64,000 bases of DNA from Opitutales bacterium (GTDB lineage Bacteria > Verrucomicrobiota > Verrucomicrobiia > Opitutales > Seribacteraceae). The position numbers and the translations under genes were made by a program. The notes under the pieces are model-generated. The model was given only the letters and a program-made list of their open reading frames with translations, ran no database searches and was not told the DNA's origin. The stretch is taken from positions 4,380 to 68,379 of the forward strand of contig JAQWWZ010000072.1 of NCBI GenBank assembly GCA_029254745.1, in the 5' to 3' direction. Below, in pieces: positions 41,408 to 51,192 of the stretch. Every line of letters starts with the position of its first letter. The first letter of the stretch is position 1.

Positions 41408-42793
41408 TTAAATTTGTCCGAGGAGATAAGCAATAAGTTGGTTTACTTTCTCGTCATCATTTTCAAGCTGACGAAGAGGGTGGGTGTCATCGACACCTTC
41501 ACCGTTCCACATCAAGTTTCCAAATTTTACTTCATTTGAATTTCTAAGCCAAGTAGACAAGCTTTTTTCATCATTTCTCATCCAGCCTGCTGCCAATGAA
41601 GTGCGAAGTCCATAGAGTGTGAGATTGGGACCTTTGGCTCCAATGCCCGTGCGGTTGACCGCGTGACATTGTACGCATTGAAGGGATGAGAAAAGTTGTT
41701 TCCCCAATTCGTAATCATCTGAATGTGCTTTGATCCAGGATTTCTCGCTTAAATTCGGTGCTTCCGCCTTCGCTATCTTTTTCGTGGAACGATATTCGCG
41801 TTGGGCTTGCTCGCCCAAAGATTTATCTGCAAAGGTCACAATAGCACCTTGGTTATACATTTCTTCTGGATTGTAAGCTGAGGGTTGAAGGTTTGGGTTC
41901 TGAGAATTTTGGAACCGTTTAACCCAAGAGTCGAAATCTTGATCGGTTTGAGCTAAAGCTCGAAACGACATGTAAGCATGAGAATTTCCACAGAACTCAG
42001 CACACTGGCCATAAAATAATCCACCAACGGGTTCAAATTCATCTGAGAATTTTTGCTTGGCAAATACCGTCTGTCTCATTTTGCCATCAAAAACAGAGGG
42101 CATGGCTTCAGTGGTTGGTTTACCGGAAAGAATCTTTTCTTGATCTGCAATGAACCACATGAAATTTTCTTGGCCGGGCATTAAGTCCATTTTGCCGGCT
42201 AGCTTTGGAACCCAAAAACTATGGATGACATCTTCGGTACGGAGGTTAATCCGTACAGCCTTATTAGCGGGAAACACGAGTTCATTTGCGGTCACAATTC
42301 CAAACTGGGGATATTCAAATACCCAGAAAAATCTTTTTCCAGTTACATTTACGGTGATGGCACCCTCGATTTGACTGCGGTCAAGGTTAAGCTTTTTAAG
42401 CGTTTCTTCGTCATTGGCATCAGGTACGCGATTCATTAAAACCACACCTTGAAGCGTAGGAATTGCTAGAATAACTAGAATGAGTGCTGAAATCAAAATT
42501 AACGAAGCCTCTATCTTACTATTTCCGTGAGATTGTGGTGGAATCTCCATTGCTTCTTCTTTTGATTTTGCGCGATATTTCCAGAGAACATAAAGAAGGC
42601 AGCCTCCCACGGCACAAAATAGAAAAATAGTAATCCACACAGAAAGCATGAAAACATCATATTGATTTTGCGAAACAAGACCCTTTGGATCGAGGGCTGA
42701 TTGTTTATGGTCAACACGGGAACAACCAAATAAGGTGGTAAATAAAATAGTGGCTATTGTGGCGCGTGTAAAAAGTGCGAGGAGTCTTCTCAT
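41408..42793 (-). CDS. ctaC: Cytochrome c oxidase subunit II with fused cytochrome c (caa3 type), lipoprotein
   Basis: Lipobox LFGC, DVIHSFWVP, CuA CAEFCGNSHAYM, heme c CVQCH. Confidence 0.95.
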   Translation of the reverse strand: MRRLLALFTRATIATILFTTLFGCSRVDHKQSALDPKGLVSQNQYDVFMLSVWITIFLFCAVGGCLLYVLWKYRAKSKEEAMEIPPQSHGNSKIEASLILISALILVILAIPTLQGVVLMNRVPDANDEETLKKLNLDRSQIEGAITVNVTGKRFFWVFEYPQFGIVTANELVFPANKAVRINLRTEDVIHSFWVPKLAGKMDLMPGQENFMWFIADQEKILSGKPTTEAMPSVFDGKMRQTVFAKQKFSDEFEPVGGLFYGQCAEFCGNSHAYMSFRALAQTDQDFDSWVKRFQNSQNPNLQPSAYNPEEMYNQGAIVTFADKSLGEQAQREYRSTKKIAKAEAPNLSEKSWIKAHSDDYELGKQLFSSLQCVQCHAVNRTGIGAKGPNLTLYGLRTSLAAGWMRNDEKSLSTWLRNSNEVKFGNLMWNGEGVDDTHPLRQLENDDEKVNQLIAYLLGQI

Positions 42794-42816
42794 GGAATGG
42801 ATGGGATGGTTAGAAA

Positions 42817-43746
42817 TTAAAGATAGCGGTCAATAACAAGAGCTGAAAACAAAAGGGGAAGATATATAATTGTGACAAAAAACAGCTTCTTGGCATGAAG
42901 GTCACGATTTGAGGATAGAAAAAATCGAAAAGCAGGAAAGAATAAATAAATCGACAACGCGATGGATGAAAAGAAGTAGAAACTTCCCGGCTTTGCTTGA
43001 TTGATATCTATAAAATAGGGAGAGAAAACAAAAATGGTGAGTACGAAAGTGTAGAGAAGGCTTTTAAAAGAGAGAGCTCTTCCTTCCGCATCACCCATCA
43101 TGTGCAAACGGAAGCCCCCTTTACTGTAATCCGTACGATGGTTCCACGCAATTGCCATGAAGTGAGGGAGCTGCCAGGCAAAGAGAATCCCAAAGAGAAT
43201 CCATCCGTAGGCAGTCGGACTGTCAGCAGCTGCGACCCATCCCACTAGAGGTGGAAGTGCCCCTGAAACTGCTCCAATTTCAATCGCCCAGGAGGTTTTC
43301 TTTTTGAGTGGGGTGTAAAGAAATAAATATATTACAATAGTTGAGAGAGTTAACATCGCTGCCCATGGGTTGGTACCTGTCCAAAGGACAAAGATTCCCA
43401 AGACGCAAAGAGAAGATCCAAAGATAAATGCTGTACTTGGAGACACAATTTTCGCCGGGAGGGGACGATCCTTGGTTCGGGACATAAGGGCATCTTCTTT
43501 ACGCTCCATCCATTGATTAAGTACGGCTGAACCAGCAGCAGATAATGCTGTGCCAATGGTGAGGCACATGAAAACCGAGATATCACTGCGAAATGGATCG
43601 TAAACTAGATATCCTAGAGAAGCGGTAAACACAGAGAGAAGACTTAGTCTAGGCTTTGTAAGCTCGTACATACCAGACAGAGAAATACCCTTTTCCGCAG
43701 TAAAAGCGGAACTAGGTTTAGCAACGATTTCTTTTCCAATGTTCAC
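42817..43746 (-). CDS. cyoE: Protoheme IX farnesyltransferase (heme O synthase)
   Basis: LTKPRL, NQWMER..D..M.RTKDRP, YTPLK, GALPP, WQLPHF. Confidence 0.96.
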   Translation of the reverse strand: MNIGKEIVAKPSSAFTAEKGISLSGMYELTKPRLSLLSVFTASLGYLVYDPFRSDISVFMCLTIGTALSAAGSAVLNQWMERKEDALMSRTKDRPLPAKIVSPSTAFIFGSSLCVLGIFVLWTGTNPWAAMLTLSTIVIYLFLYTPLKKKTSWAIEIGAVSGALPPLVGWVAAADSPTAYGWILFGILFAWQLPHFMAIAWNHRTDYSKGGFRLHMMGDAEGRALSFKSLLYTFVLTIFVFSPYFIDINQAKPGSFYFFSSIALSIYLFFPAFRFFLSSNRDLHAKKLFFVTIIYLPLLFSALVIDRYL

Positions 43747-43949
43747 AAGTTAATGGTATTTATTAAAATGTATTTTGTGGGAGAGGCAAGCAAGGTGAAT
43801 TAAAACTAATAAGATATTGGAAGCTCAGCTTATAAGTAAAGGAAGACTCTTTAAAGCATTTTAGTGAATTACAATGATTTATTTCGGGGCTTAGAAACAA
43901 TCTATTGTTTATAATTGCCTGAAGAGCATCTGTGGATAAAAAGGAGGTT

Positions 43950-44876
43950 GTGATCAAATTAATCGAATTTCTGACACTCGTTACAATCGCTTCGCTTTCA
44001 TCTTCCTGTTCAAAAGAAGCAGGTTTTGGTGCCAAAAGTGTTTTGCCTGATGGTGAAATTCGCGGTGAATTCCTGAGTGCGGATGAAAATAAAAGTACCA
44101 TTAAAATTAAACCTTTGGCAATGGGTTCCGATCTTACTGACAAATTTCCTGGATCCTTGCATAAAGAATTGGAGTTGGTTGTACAGCCTGGAGATTTGAC
44201 CTTATTACAAAATAATAAAATTTTCAGGGGGAAGCTTCAGGAAACATTTTCCGGTTCTTTAGGGAAAAGTTATTTACTCCATTATATTTGGCCGGACGAT
44301 CGTGCCGATCGGATTAGACTTAACAACGTAAACAGACTGCTACGCCGAGACACATTGAGTTTGGGGCAGGATGTTATACGCACGGTAGGGGATCAAGTAC
44401 CTCCTTTTGCATTGTATGACCAAGACGGTCGGATTTTAACTACGGAATATTTTGACGGATCTGTTACTGTTCTAAATTTTATATTCACACGATGTTCGGT
44501 GTCGGACATGTGTCCGTTATCCACCCGCAAGATGAAAAAACTGCAGGAATTGTCTTCTCAAAAGAAAATTCCTTACATTAAGTTTCTTTCGGTTTCATTA
44601 GACTCGGAATTTGATTCTCCCGGTGTTTTGAAAACTTATGCCAGGGGGTATGGTCTAAGTGAAGAGAACTTTAAGCTAGGTACGGCTCGAAAGCCTGTGA
44701 TTGACGACATAGTAAGACAGCTTGGGATCTCCCGCAAAAAAGAAGACGGTCAACCTCTTGATCATACAATGAGGACCATGATTGTTAACTCAAAAAGGCA
44801 AATTGTTTACCAAGTTCCAGGGAAAAGTTGGAATGTGGAGGACTTTCTTTCCCGATTGCAACCTGATAACGGATAA
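43950..44876 (+). CDS. sco: SCO-family copper chaperone lipoprotein with an N-terminal OB-fold-like domain
   Basis: Lipobox LSSSC, FIFTRCSVSDMCP, SVSLD.EFDSP, DHTMRT. Start uncertain (43932 or 43950). Confidence 0.85.
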   Translation: MIKLIEFLTLVTIASLSSSCSKEAGFGAKSVLPDGEIRGEFLSADENKSTIKIKPLAMGSDLTDKFPGSLHKELELVVQPGDLTLLQNNKIFRGKLQETFSGSLGKSYLLHYIWPDDRADRIRLNNVNRLLRRDTLSLGQDVIRTVGDQVPPFALYDQDGRILTTEYFDGSVTVLNFIFTRCSVSDMCPLSTRKMKKLQELSSQKKIPYIKFLSVSLDSEFDSPGVLKTYARGYGLSEENFKLGTARKPVIDDIVRQLGISRKKEDGQPLDHTMRTMIVNSKRQIVYQVPGKSWNVEDFLSRLQPDNG

Positions 44877-44881
44877 TTTTT

Positions 44882-45802
44882 ATGAGTAACCGTCGGGCAC
44901 AAACACCACTCAAGCGAGCCATCTTGTTGGCTTTGCCTTTTATAGTTGTTTATTTCGTGGTCAGATCGTTACCGGTTAAACCCTGTGATTTTTTACACGA
45001 GGAGTCTTACAATCTCGAAGGTGAACTTGATTATTGCGGTCCAGGTGACGCGGAGTTTGTCGATTTATCGGTTCGTAAATGGCCGATGAATATGGTCTTT
45101 AAGCCGATTGATAAACCTACTTTAGGAAAACCCTGTCGTTTTGAGATACATATAAAACAATTTGATGGCTCGCCCTTAGGGCCTGATGATATTGCTTTAA
45201 GTCACACCAAAAAGATTCATCTCATGGCGATCAACCAAGGCCTAGGAGACTACCAGCATCTGCACCCAGAGGCTGATCAAGTGTTTGACGGTACTTGGAG
45301 GTTTACTATGACTCCACAAAAAGAAGGTGAATACAAAGTCTTCCTTGATTTAATACCGCTACGAAGTCCTCGCAGGGTTCTCTTAGCTGCATCATTTCAA
45401 GTTTACGGGAAAAATACCGAATCTCCCAGTTTGGTCGAACAGTTAACCACGGAAATTGGATCCAAAACTTTTTCACTCAAGTCAGCTGACAACAAACGGG
45501 CAGGTGAAGAGATAAATTTAGAGCTAAAAGCTATTGATCGTTCAGGTAATTTTGTCCGCCTCACTCCCGTCATGGGAGCATTTGCTCATTTGGTCGCTTT
45601 TGACCGTAAACTTAATGGTTTTGCTCATTTACATCCAACCGAGGACACCCTTCCAAAAACTGACAAAGATATTTATTCAGGTTCCTTATCCTTCAGTTTT
45701 ATCCCTCCTGAGAATGGGGTGTATCGGCTGTGGGCACAAATACGGGTTGAAAATGAAGAAAAAGAGACTTTTATACCATTCGACATTGTGGTTGACTCAT
45801 GA
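44882..45802 (+). CDS. Membrane-anchored His-motif protein (putative metal-binding)
   Basis: One N-terminal TM; two repeats of HLM/HLV...HLHP (IHLMAI...YQHLHP; AHLVAF...FAHLHP); lies between sco and DUF420. Confidence 0.6.
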   Translation: MSNRRAQTPLKRAILLALPFIVVYFVVRSLPVKPCDFLHEESYNLEGELDYCGPGDAEFVDLSVRKWPMNMVFKPIDKPTLGKPCRFEIHIKQFDGSPLGPDDIALSHTKKIHLMAINQGLGDYQHLHPEADQVFDGTWRFTMTPQKEGEYKVFLDLIPLRSPRRVLLAASFQVYGKNTESPSLVEQLTTEIGSKTFSLKSADNKRAGEEINLELKAIDRSGNFVRLTPVMGAFAHLVAFDRKLNGFAHLHPTEDTLPKTDKDIYSGSLSFSFIPPENGVYRLWAQIRVENEEKETFIPFDIVVDS

Positions 45803-45814
45803 GATAGCTTGTTG

Positions 45815-46417
45815 ATGAGCGAAATTGCAAATTACTACAAGAAGGAAGTAAACCACACTTTGGCCAAGAAGTTGAATGTCTTAGTTTGGGTTTTATCGAT
45901 TACCGTGCTTGGGATCGTTGTTATGATGCGATCGGTTAAAATCCCAATTCCTGAGCATATTGACCTCAGCTTTTTGCCTGCCTTGCATGCATTTTTAAAC
46001 ACACTTGCTGCTTTTTTTCTCATTGGGGCCCTGTTGGCCATTCAAAAAGGTAAGGTTAATCTGCACCGGCAAATGATTCAATTTGCGATTGTTTGCTCAC
46101 TTATATTTTTACTTTCTTATGTCACCTATCATTTCACTACACCTGCCTCAATCTATGGTGATCTTGATGGGAATGGAGTTTTGAGCGATTCTGAGAAGCA
46201 AATTGCGGGTAATGGGCGACTAGTATATCTTTTCATTCTACTGACCCACATCATACTTGCAGCGGTAAGTTTCCCGTTTATCCTCATGGCTCTCATGTAC
46301 GCTCTTTCCAACCAATTTGCTAAGCATAAGAAGCTTACGCGTTGGGTTTTTCCTGTCTGGCTCTATGTGGCGATAACAGGTCCGTTAGTTTACCTACTGC
46401 TTAAACCTTACTATTAA
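45815..46417 (+). CDS. DUF420-family membrane protein (oxidase-assembly context)
   Basis: LPALHAFLN, HRQM, FLLSYVTYH, LLTHIILA, HKK..RW.FP.WLYVAITG. Confidence 0.9.
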   Translation: MSEIANYYKKEVNHTLAKKLNVLVWVLSITVLGIVVMMRSVKIPIPEHIDLSFLPALHAFLNTLAAFFLIGALLAIQKGKVNLHRQMIQFAIVCSLIFLLSYVTYHFTTPASIYGDLDGNGVLSDSEKQIAGNGRLVYLFILLTHIILAAVSFPFILMALMYALSNQFAKHKKLTRWVFPVWLYVAITGPLVYLLLKPYY

Positions 46418-46893
46418 GGCTTTCGTTGCCACCGACGTAAGATAAATTCCTCGTTCTCGTCGAGGGTTTCAATCGGCTGAAAGTTATGTTTGTAGTCCGG
46501 AAAAAAAGCATCACCATCTTGGATGGTTTGTAAGACTTCAGTGATGTATATCTCACTGCACTTTGAGAGACTTTGTTCGTATATTTCTCCCCCGCCAATC
46601 ACAAAGATTTGCTCATTTGCTTGAAGTTTCGGTATGATTTCATCCGTTGATCGTAAAACATCCATCCCTTCCTGCGAGGAAGCTGTCCTGCTAAGTACCC
46701 AATTTTTCCGACCTGGAAGAGGGAAGGGTAGGGATTCCCATGTTTTTCTTCCCATAAGTACAACATGGCCCATTGTGATCTTTTTAAACCACTTGAGGTC
46801 GCCGGGTAGTCTCCAAGGCAAGGACCCGTTCTTACCAATTACTCCATTTTGAGATACGGCCACAATGGCTTTGTAAGGAAAAGATATATTCAT
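46414..46893 (-). CDS. folA: Dihydrofolate reductase
   Basis: [39 protein letters not shown]. Confidence 0.97.
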   Translation of the reverse strand: MNISFPYKAIVAVSQNGVIGKNGSLPWRLPGDLKWFKKITMGHVVLMGRKTWESLPFPLPGRKNWVLSRTASSQEGMDVLRSTDEIIPKLQANEQIFVIGGGEIYEQSLSKCSEIYITEVLQTIQDGDAFFPDYKHNFQPIETLDENEEFILRRWQRKP

Positions 46894-47684
46894 ATTGAGA
46901 TAGGGGCTTTTATGCCCGGGTGCGGATCATAGTCAATCAATTCAAAATCTTCAAATCTGAAGTCAGTGATCACTTTATGATTTCCATGGATTTTCATGAT
47001 TGGGGCAGGGCGTGGTACTCGGGATAATTGGAGCTTGGTTTGCTCCAAGTGGTTGGAGTAGAGATGAAGATCACCGAAGGTATGAATAAATTCAAATGGT
47101 TGGAGGTTACAAATCTTCGCGATCATCATGGTAAGAATACCATAGGAAGCTATGTTGAATGGTACTCCCAGAAATAAATCAGCACTTCTCTGGTAGAGTT
47201 GGCAGCTTAATTTTCCATTCGCCACATAAAATTGAAATAAGGCGTGGCATGGGGGTAATGCCATCAAATCTAATTCTCCGGGATTCCAGGCACAGACAAT
47301 GTGTCTGCGACCGTCTGGGTTATTGGAAATAGATTCTATGACTTGGTTGATTTGATTAATGTGATCGCCGTTTGGTTTTCGCCAAGCTGTCCATTGTGCT
47401 CCGTAAACGCGACCAAGGTTCCCATCCTTATCAGCCCATTCGTCCCATATGCTTACTCCATTTTCCTGTAAGTAATTTACATTGGTATCTCCGTTGAGAA
47501 ACCAAAGGAGTTCATAAATAATCGATCGCAAATGTAGTTTTTTTGTGGTGAGCAGAGGGAAAGTCTCATCCAAACGAAACCTAGCTTGATGACCGAAAAC
47601 AGAGCGAGTACCTGTGCCTGTTCTGTCGTTCCGGGTTTCGCCGTGTTTCAATACGTGTTCAAGGAGGGAAAGGTATGTTTTCAT
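46890..47684 (-). CDS. thyA: Thymidylate synthase
   Basis: [36 protein letters not shown]. Confidence 0.99.
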   Translation of the reverse strand: MKTYLSLLEHVLKHGETRNDRTGTGTRSVFGHQARFRLDETFPLLTTKKLHLRSIIYELLWFLNGDTNVNYLQENGVSIWDEWADKDGNLGRVYGAQWTAWRKPNGDHINQINQVIESISNNPDGRRHIVCAWNPGELDLMALPPCHALFQFYVANGKLSCQLYQRSADLFLGVPFNIASYGILTMMIAKICNLQPFEFIHTFGDLHLYSNHLEQTKLQLSRVPRPAPIMKIHGNHKVITDFRFEDFELIDYDPHPGIKAPISI

Positions 47685-47738
47685 AATGAATGTTTCATTC
47701 GCTTGCCAGTTGTGGTAAAAATCATACTTTTTTTATTC

Positions 47739-48545
47739 ATGCTGTTTTACAGATTGTCGAGGCTATCCTTGAACTTATTTATGTTAAGTTTATCTCCTAC
47801 TTTTATATCTGCACAACAAAAAGCCAACGACTTTACCCAAAGGTTGTTTTCCCTTGAGGGGAAACAAATTAGGTCACATGGGAAAACTTTTTCATCCCCA
47901 AGGCTCTCTGATGCTTTCTCGAAACGTATAAAAATTAAAGATTGGCCAAGCAAATTTTCACCATTTGGAGGAAAAAGGTTCACCACAAAAGATGTACAAG
48001 GTTTGATAAAAAAAAGAGTGGGTCATACACAAGTGGTTAATAAACCCGCAAATATTCTTGGTAAAGTTAGAGGTTCAGAGAATAGGGTAAGTGGTCTTGG
48101 CTATGAAAAACGATTTACTTCTACTTCAACTGTCGATTTTCGTGACGACTATTACGCCAAGCTCAACCAGCGTATGGATGAGTGGATGGAGAAAGTTAAC
48201 AACTTGTCCCTGCGAGATATCAACCGTTTCCAATTTCGAAAAGGCAGGCCATCTGAGCCTGGTTTTCCCGTTCAACGTGCAGGATCCAGTTCTAGTCAGG
48301 GACGAGACAAGTCATTGCCGACATCTGAGGGTGGCAGTTTGCCTGCAATACCTCCTACATACTGGGTTGGCCCACGAAAAGTTCCTATTACCTCTCCTCC
48401 TCCGTCCCTCCCTTCACGGCTACCTGTTCAAAAGACTCCGGTTGCCCCGGTTGCCCCTCGTGTTGTGCCAAAATCTAGGCAATCTTTGAATGTTCCTAAA
48501 TTAGGACCTAAAAAAATTCGTGTTGAAGTCAGAGCAATCGAATGA
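47739..48545 (+). CDS. Hypothetical basic protein with a probable signal peptide and Pro-rich C-terminus
   Basis: Open frame in the gap between thyA and tRNA-Val; hydrophobic N-terminus; no recognised motif; start uncertain (47739 or 47781). Confidence 0.6.
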   Translation: MLFYRLSRLSLNLFMLSLSPTFISAQQKANDFTQRLFSLEGKQIRSHGKTFSSPRLSDAFSKRIKIKDWPSKFSPFGGKRFTTKDVQGLIKKRVGHTQVVNKPANILGKVRGSENRVSGLGYEKRFTSTSTVDFRDDYYAKLNQRMDEWMEKVNNLSLRDINRFQFRKGRPSEPGFPVQRAGSSSSQGRDKSLPTSEGGSLPAIPPTYWVGPRKVPITSPPPSLPSRLPVQKTPVAPVAPRVVPKSRQSLNVPKLGPKKIRVEVRAIE

Positions 48546-48552
48546 TTCACGC

Positions 48553-48580
48553 TTGCCACAATCATTTAGGATATTATGGT
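48553..48580 (+). promoter_or_regulatory. Putative sigma70 promoter for tRNA-Val
   Basis: TTGCCA-N16-TATGGT ending 22 nt before the tRNA. Confidence 0.45.
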
Positions 48581-48602
48581 AGCGTGTTTAACTATTTTCC
48601 AC

Positions 48603-48679
48603 GGACGGCTAGCTCAGTTGGTTAGAGCGACTGGTTTACACCCAGTAGGTCACAGGTTCGAATCCTGTGCCGTCCACCA
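48603..48679 (+). tRNA. trnV: tRNA-Val (anticodon TAC)
   Basis: Acceptor stem GGACGGC/GCCGTCC, D arm AGCTCAGTTGGTTAGAGC, anticodon stem ACTGG/CCAGT with loop TTTACAC, T loop GGTTCGAATCC, encoded CCA. Confidence 0.98.
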
Positions 48680-48702
48680 TTCCTTACCCTCTCTATTTTC
48701 AA

Positions 48703-49188
48703 ATGCGCCACGTAATTTCTGTCCTTGTCGAAAACAAATTTGGTGTTTTAGCCAGGATAGCCGGTCTCTTTAGCGGACGAGGCTTTAATATAGACACCCT
48801 CAATGTTGGCCCAACCCATGAAAATGGTAGGTCAAGGATTACTGTTACATTGAACGGAGACGAAAAAGCTTTAGACCAATGCATCAAGCAATTGGATAAA
48901 TTAATCGATGTTATAAAAGTAGAAAACTTTGTTGGAGACGAAGGCGTTGGCCGTGAATTAGTCCTTGTAAAAGTCTGTGCTGATTCATCAACTCGTTCAG
49001 AAATTACCCAAATCTGTGATGTCTTTAGAGGGAAAATTATAGATGTTGCCAGGAAGAGCTTAATTATTGAGGCGACTGGTAATGAAAATAAAATTAAAGC
49101 ATTTTTACAGCTCCTTGAATCGTTCGGAGTCAAGGAACTTGCCCGTACTGGTACTGTTTCCTTACGTCGTGGTACTTACGAGGGCTGA
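48703..49188 (+). CDS. ilvN: Acetolactate synthase small (regulatory) subunit
   Basis: MRHVISVLVENKFGVLARIAGLFSGRGFNIDTL, KQLDKLIDV, ELARTG. ATG 48703. Confidence 0.96.
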   Translation: MRHVISVLVENKFGVLARIAGLFSGRGFNIDTLNVGPTHENGRSRITVTLNGDEKALDQCIKQLDKLIDVIKVENFVGDEGVGRELVLVKVCADSSTRSEITQICDVFRGKIIDVARKSLIIEATGNENKIKAFLQLLESFGVKELARTGTVSLRRGTYEG

Positions 49189-49241
49189 TTCGTTTCCTAT
49201 TAATTTCATTCAATAACTAACCCAAAATTACCCAACTGGCT

Positions 49242-50270
49242 ATGCCTGCAAAAGTATACACAAAAAAAGAGGCCAAGATCGGTCCAATAAAAAATAAAAC
49301 GCTTGCCGTTATTGGCTATGGATCACAGGGGCATGCCCATGCTCTTAATCTAAAAGATAGCGGTTGTAATGTCATTATCGGACTTTACAAAGGAAGTAAA
49401 TCTATCCGAGTGGCCAAAAGGCATGGTTTTGAAGTGTTCGAGGTTGCTGAAGCGGTACAGAAAGCTGATGTAATCATGATGGGTGTACCTGACATGAAGC
49501 AAGCTGAGGTATATGATTCAGAAATCAAACCGAATTTATCGAAAGGCAAGACCCTCCTTTTTACTCATGGCTTCGCGATTCATTTTGATCTGATCAAACC
49601 ACCCCGTGGTGTCAGTGTTATCATGGTGGCACCAAAGGGACCGGGTCATATTGTTCGTGCTCAGTTTAAAGAAGGCAAGGGCGTACCCGCCCTCATTGCT
49701 GTGTTGAAAGGTTCATCCAAGGATTCTAAAAGTATTGCCTTAGCATGGGCTGCTGGAGTGGGTGCTGCGAATGCAGGTATTTTAGAAACTACATTCAAAG
49801 AGGAAACTGAAACCGACCTGTTTGGCGAGCAAGCCGTACTTTGCGGTGGTGCATCTGCCTTGGTGCAAGCAGGTTTTGAAACCTTAGTTGAAGCTGGTTA
49901 TGCTCCCGAAATGGCTTATTTCGAATGCCTACACGAGCTTAAACTGATTGTTGATCTTATGATTGAGTCAGGGGTTGCCGGCATGCGTTTTTCAATCTCA
50001 GAAACCGCAAAGTTTGGTGATGTAACCCGAGGACCTCGTGTGATCAATGGTAATGTTAAAAAATCAATGCAAAGCATATTGAAGGAAATACAAAGCGGGA
50101 AATTTGCCAAAGAGTGGGTAAAGGAATACCAAGCTGGTTTGCCTAAATATAACAAACTTTTAGAGGACGGAGAAAAACATCCTATTGAAGTAACCGGTCA
50201 GCGCTTACGAGGTCTAATGCCTTGGATTCCCAAAAAGAATATCAAAGGGGCACAAGCTTCATATTCTTAA
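49242..50270 (+). CDS. ilvC: Ketol-acid reductoisomerase
   Basis: IGYGSQGHAHA, MVAPKGPGH, EETETDLFGEQAVLCGG, AYFECLHE. Confidence 0.98.
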   Translation: MPAKVYTKKEAKIGPIKNKTLAVIGYGSQGHAHALNLKDSGCNVIIGLYKGSKSIRVAKRHGFEVFEVAEAVQKADVIMMGVPDMKQAEVYDSEIKPNLSKGKTLLFTHGFAIHFDLIKPPRGVSVIMVAPKGPGHIVRAQFKEGKGVPALIAVLKGSSKDSKSIALAWAAGVGAANAGILETTFKEETETDLFGEQAVLCGGASALVQAGFETLVEAGYAPEMAYFECLHELKLIVDLMIESGVAGMRFSISETAKFGDVTRGPRVINGNVKKSMQSILKEIQSGKFAKEWVKEYQAGLPKYNKLLEDGEKHPIEVTGQRLRGLMPWIPKKNIKGAQASYS

Positions 50271-50288
50271 TTCTTTTCTTTTAATATT

Positions 50289-50323
50289 GGGCGTGAAGAG
50301 GTCAACTTCTTCACGCCCTTTTT
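50289..50323 (+). terminator. Intrinsic terminator after ilvC
   Basis: GGGCGTGAAGA / TCTTCACGCCC perfect 11-bp stem followed by TTTTT. Confidence 0.88.
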
Positions 50324-50343
50324 AGTTTTGTAAGATCCTATAG

Positions 50344-51192
50344 ATGAACATTAAAACTCCAGTAAGGCTCGCGACTCGGAAAAGTCCGCTTGCAATCTGT
50401 CAGTCTGAAATTGTGGCGAATCTAATTCGTTCAAAAATGGGTCTGGAGGTAGAATTGCTACTAATGTCAACCACAGGCGATCAACGCCTTGAGTGGTCTT
50501 TACAAAAAAAGGGTGGAAAAGGACTTTTTACCAAAGAATTAGAACAGGCTCTATTGGATGGTCGAGCAGATCTTGCTGTTCATAGCGCAAAAGATATGCC
50601 AACGGAAAATCCCGATGGATTAGTACTTTCTGCCTTTTTGAAGAGAGAAGATCCACGTGATGTCTTGGTTATCAGATCAGGATTGTGTACGATAGAAAAG
50701 ATAGCTTCAGGAAGCCCGAGAAGAACGAGTCAATTAAAAGCCCGGTTCCCTTCTGCCCAATGGATGGAATTGAGGGGGAATGTGGAATCAAGATTACGTA
50801 AAATTGCGGAGAATCATGAGGCAGATGGTACCATTCTCGCCGCAGCTGGTCTAAACCGTTTGCAAATTAAAGAATTTGAAGGAGTTGATTTCGAAGTGTT
50901 ACCTGTTGATCAAATGGTTCCAGCCCCCGGGCAAGGTGCGATTGCGATACAAACGAGGTTAGTGGATCGTGAAAAATTTTCTGTTCTTGGGGATCCCCCC
51001 ACAGAAGCCGCAGTTGGATTAGAAAGAAAAATTTTGGAGGGGTTGGGTGGAGGTTGTCAGGTTGCTATTGGAGCCCATGTCCAAGAAGGTATGGTCTACT
51101 TTTATCACCAAGCTACCGGAATCATAAAGATTGAAATGAATGGTAAAACCGATGAGGAGCTAGTAAGAGATCTAGTAGAAAGAACAAAATAA
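50344..51192 (+). CDS. hemC: Hydroxymethylbilane synthase
   Basis: ATRKSPLA..Q, GKGLFTKELE, VHSAKD, LRGNVESR, GGCQ. Confidence 0.96.
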   Translation: MNIKTPVRLATRKSPLAICQSEIVANLIRSKMGLEVELLLMSTTGDQRLEWSLQKKGGKGLFTKELEQALLDGRADLAVHSAKDMPTENPDGLVLSAFLKREDPRDVLVIRSGLCTIEKIASGSPRRTSQLKARFPSAQWMELRGNVESRLRKIAENHEADGTILAAAGLNRLQIKEFEGVDFEVLPVDQMVPAPGQGAIAIQTRLVDREKFSVLGDPPTEAAVGLERKILEGLGGGCQVAIGAHVQEGMVYFYHQATGIIKIEMNGKTDEELVRDLVERTK

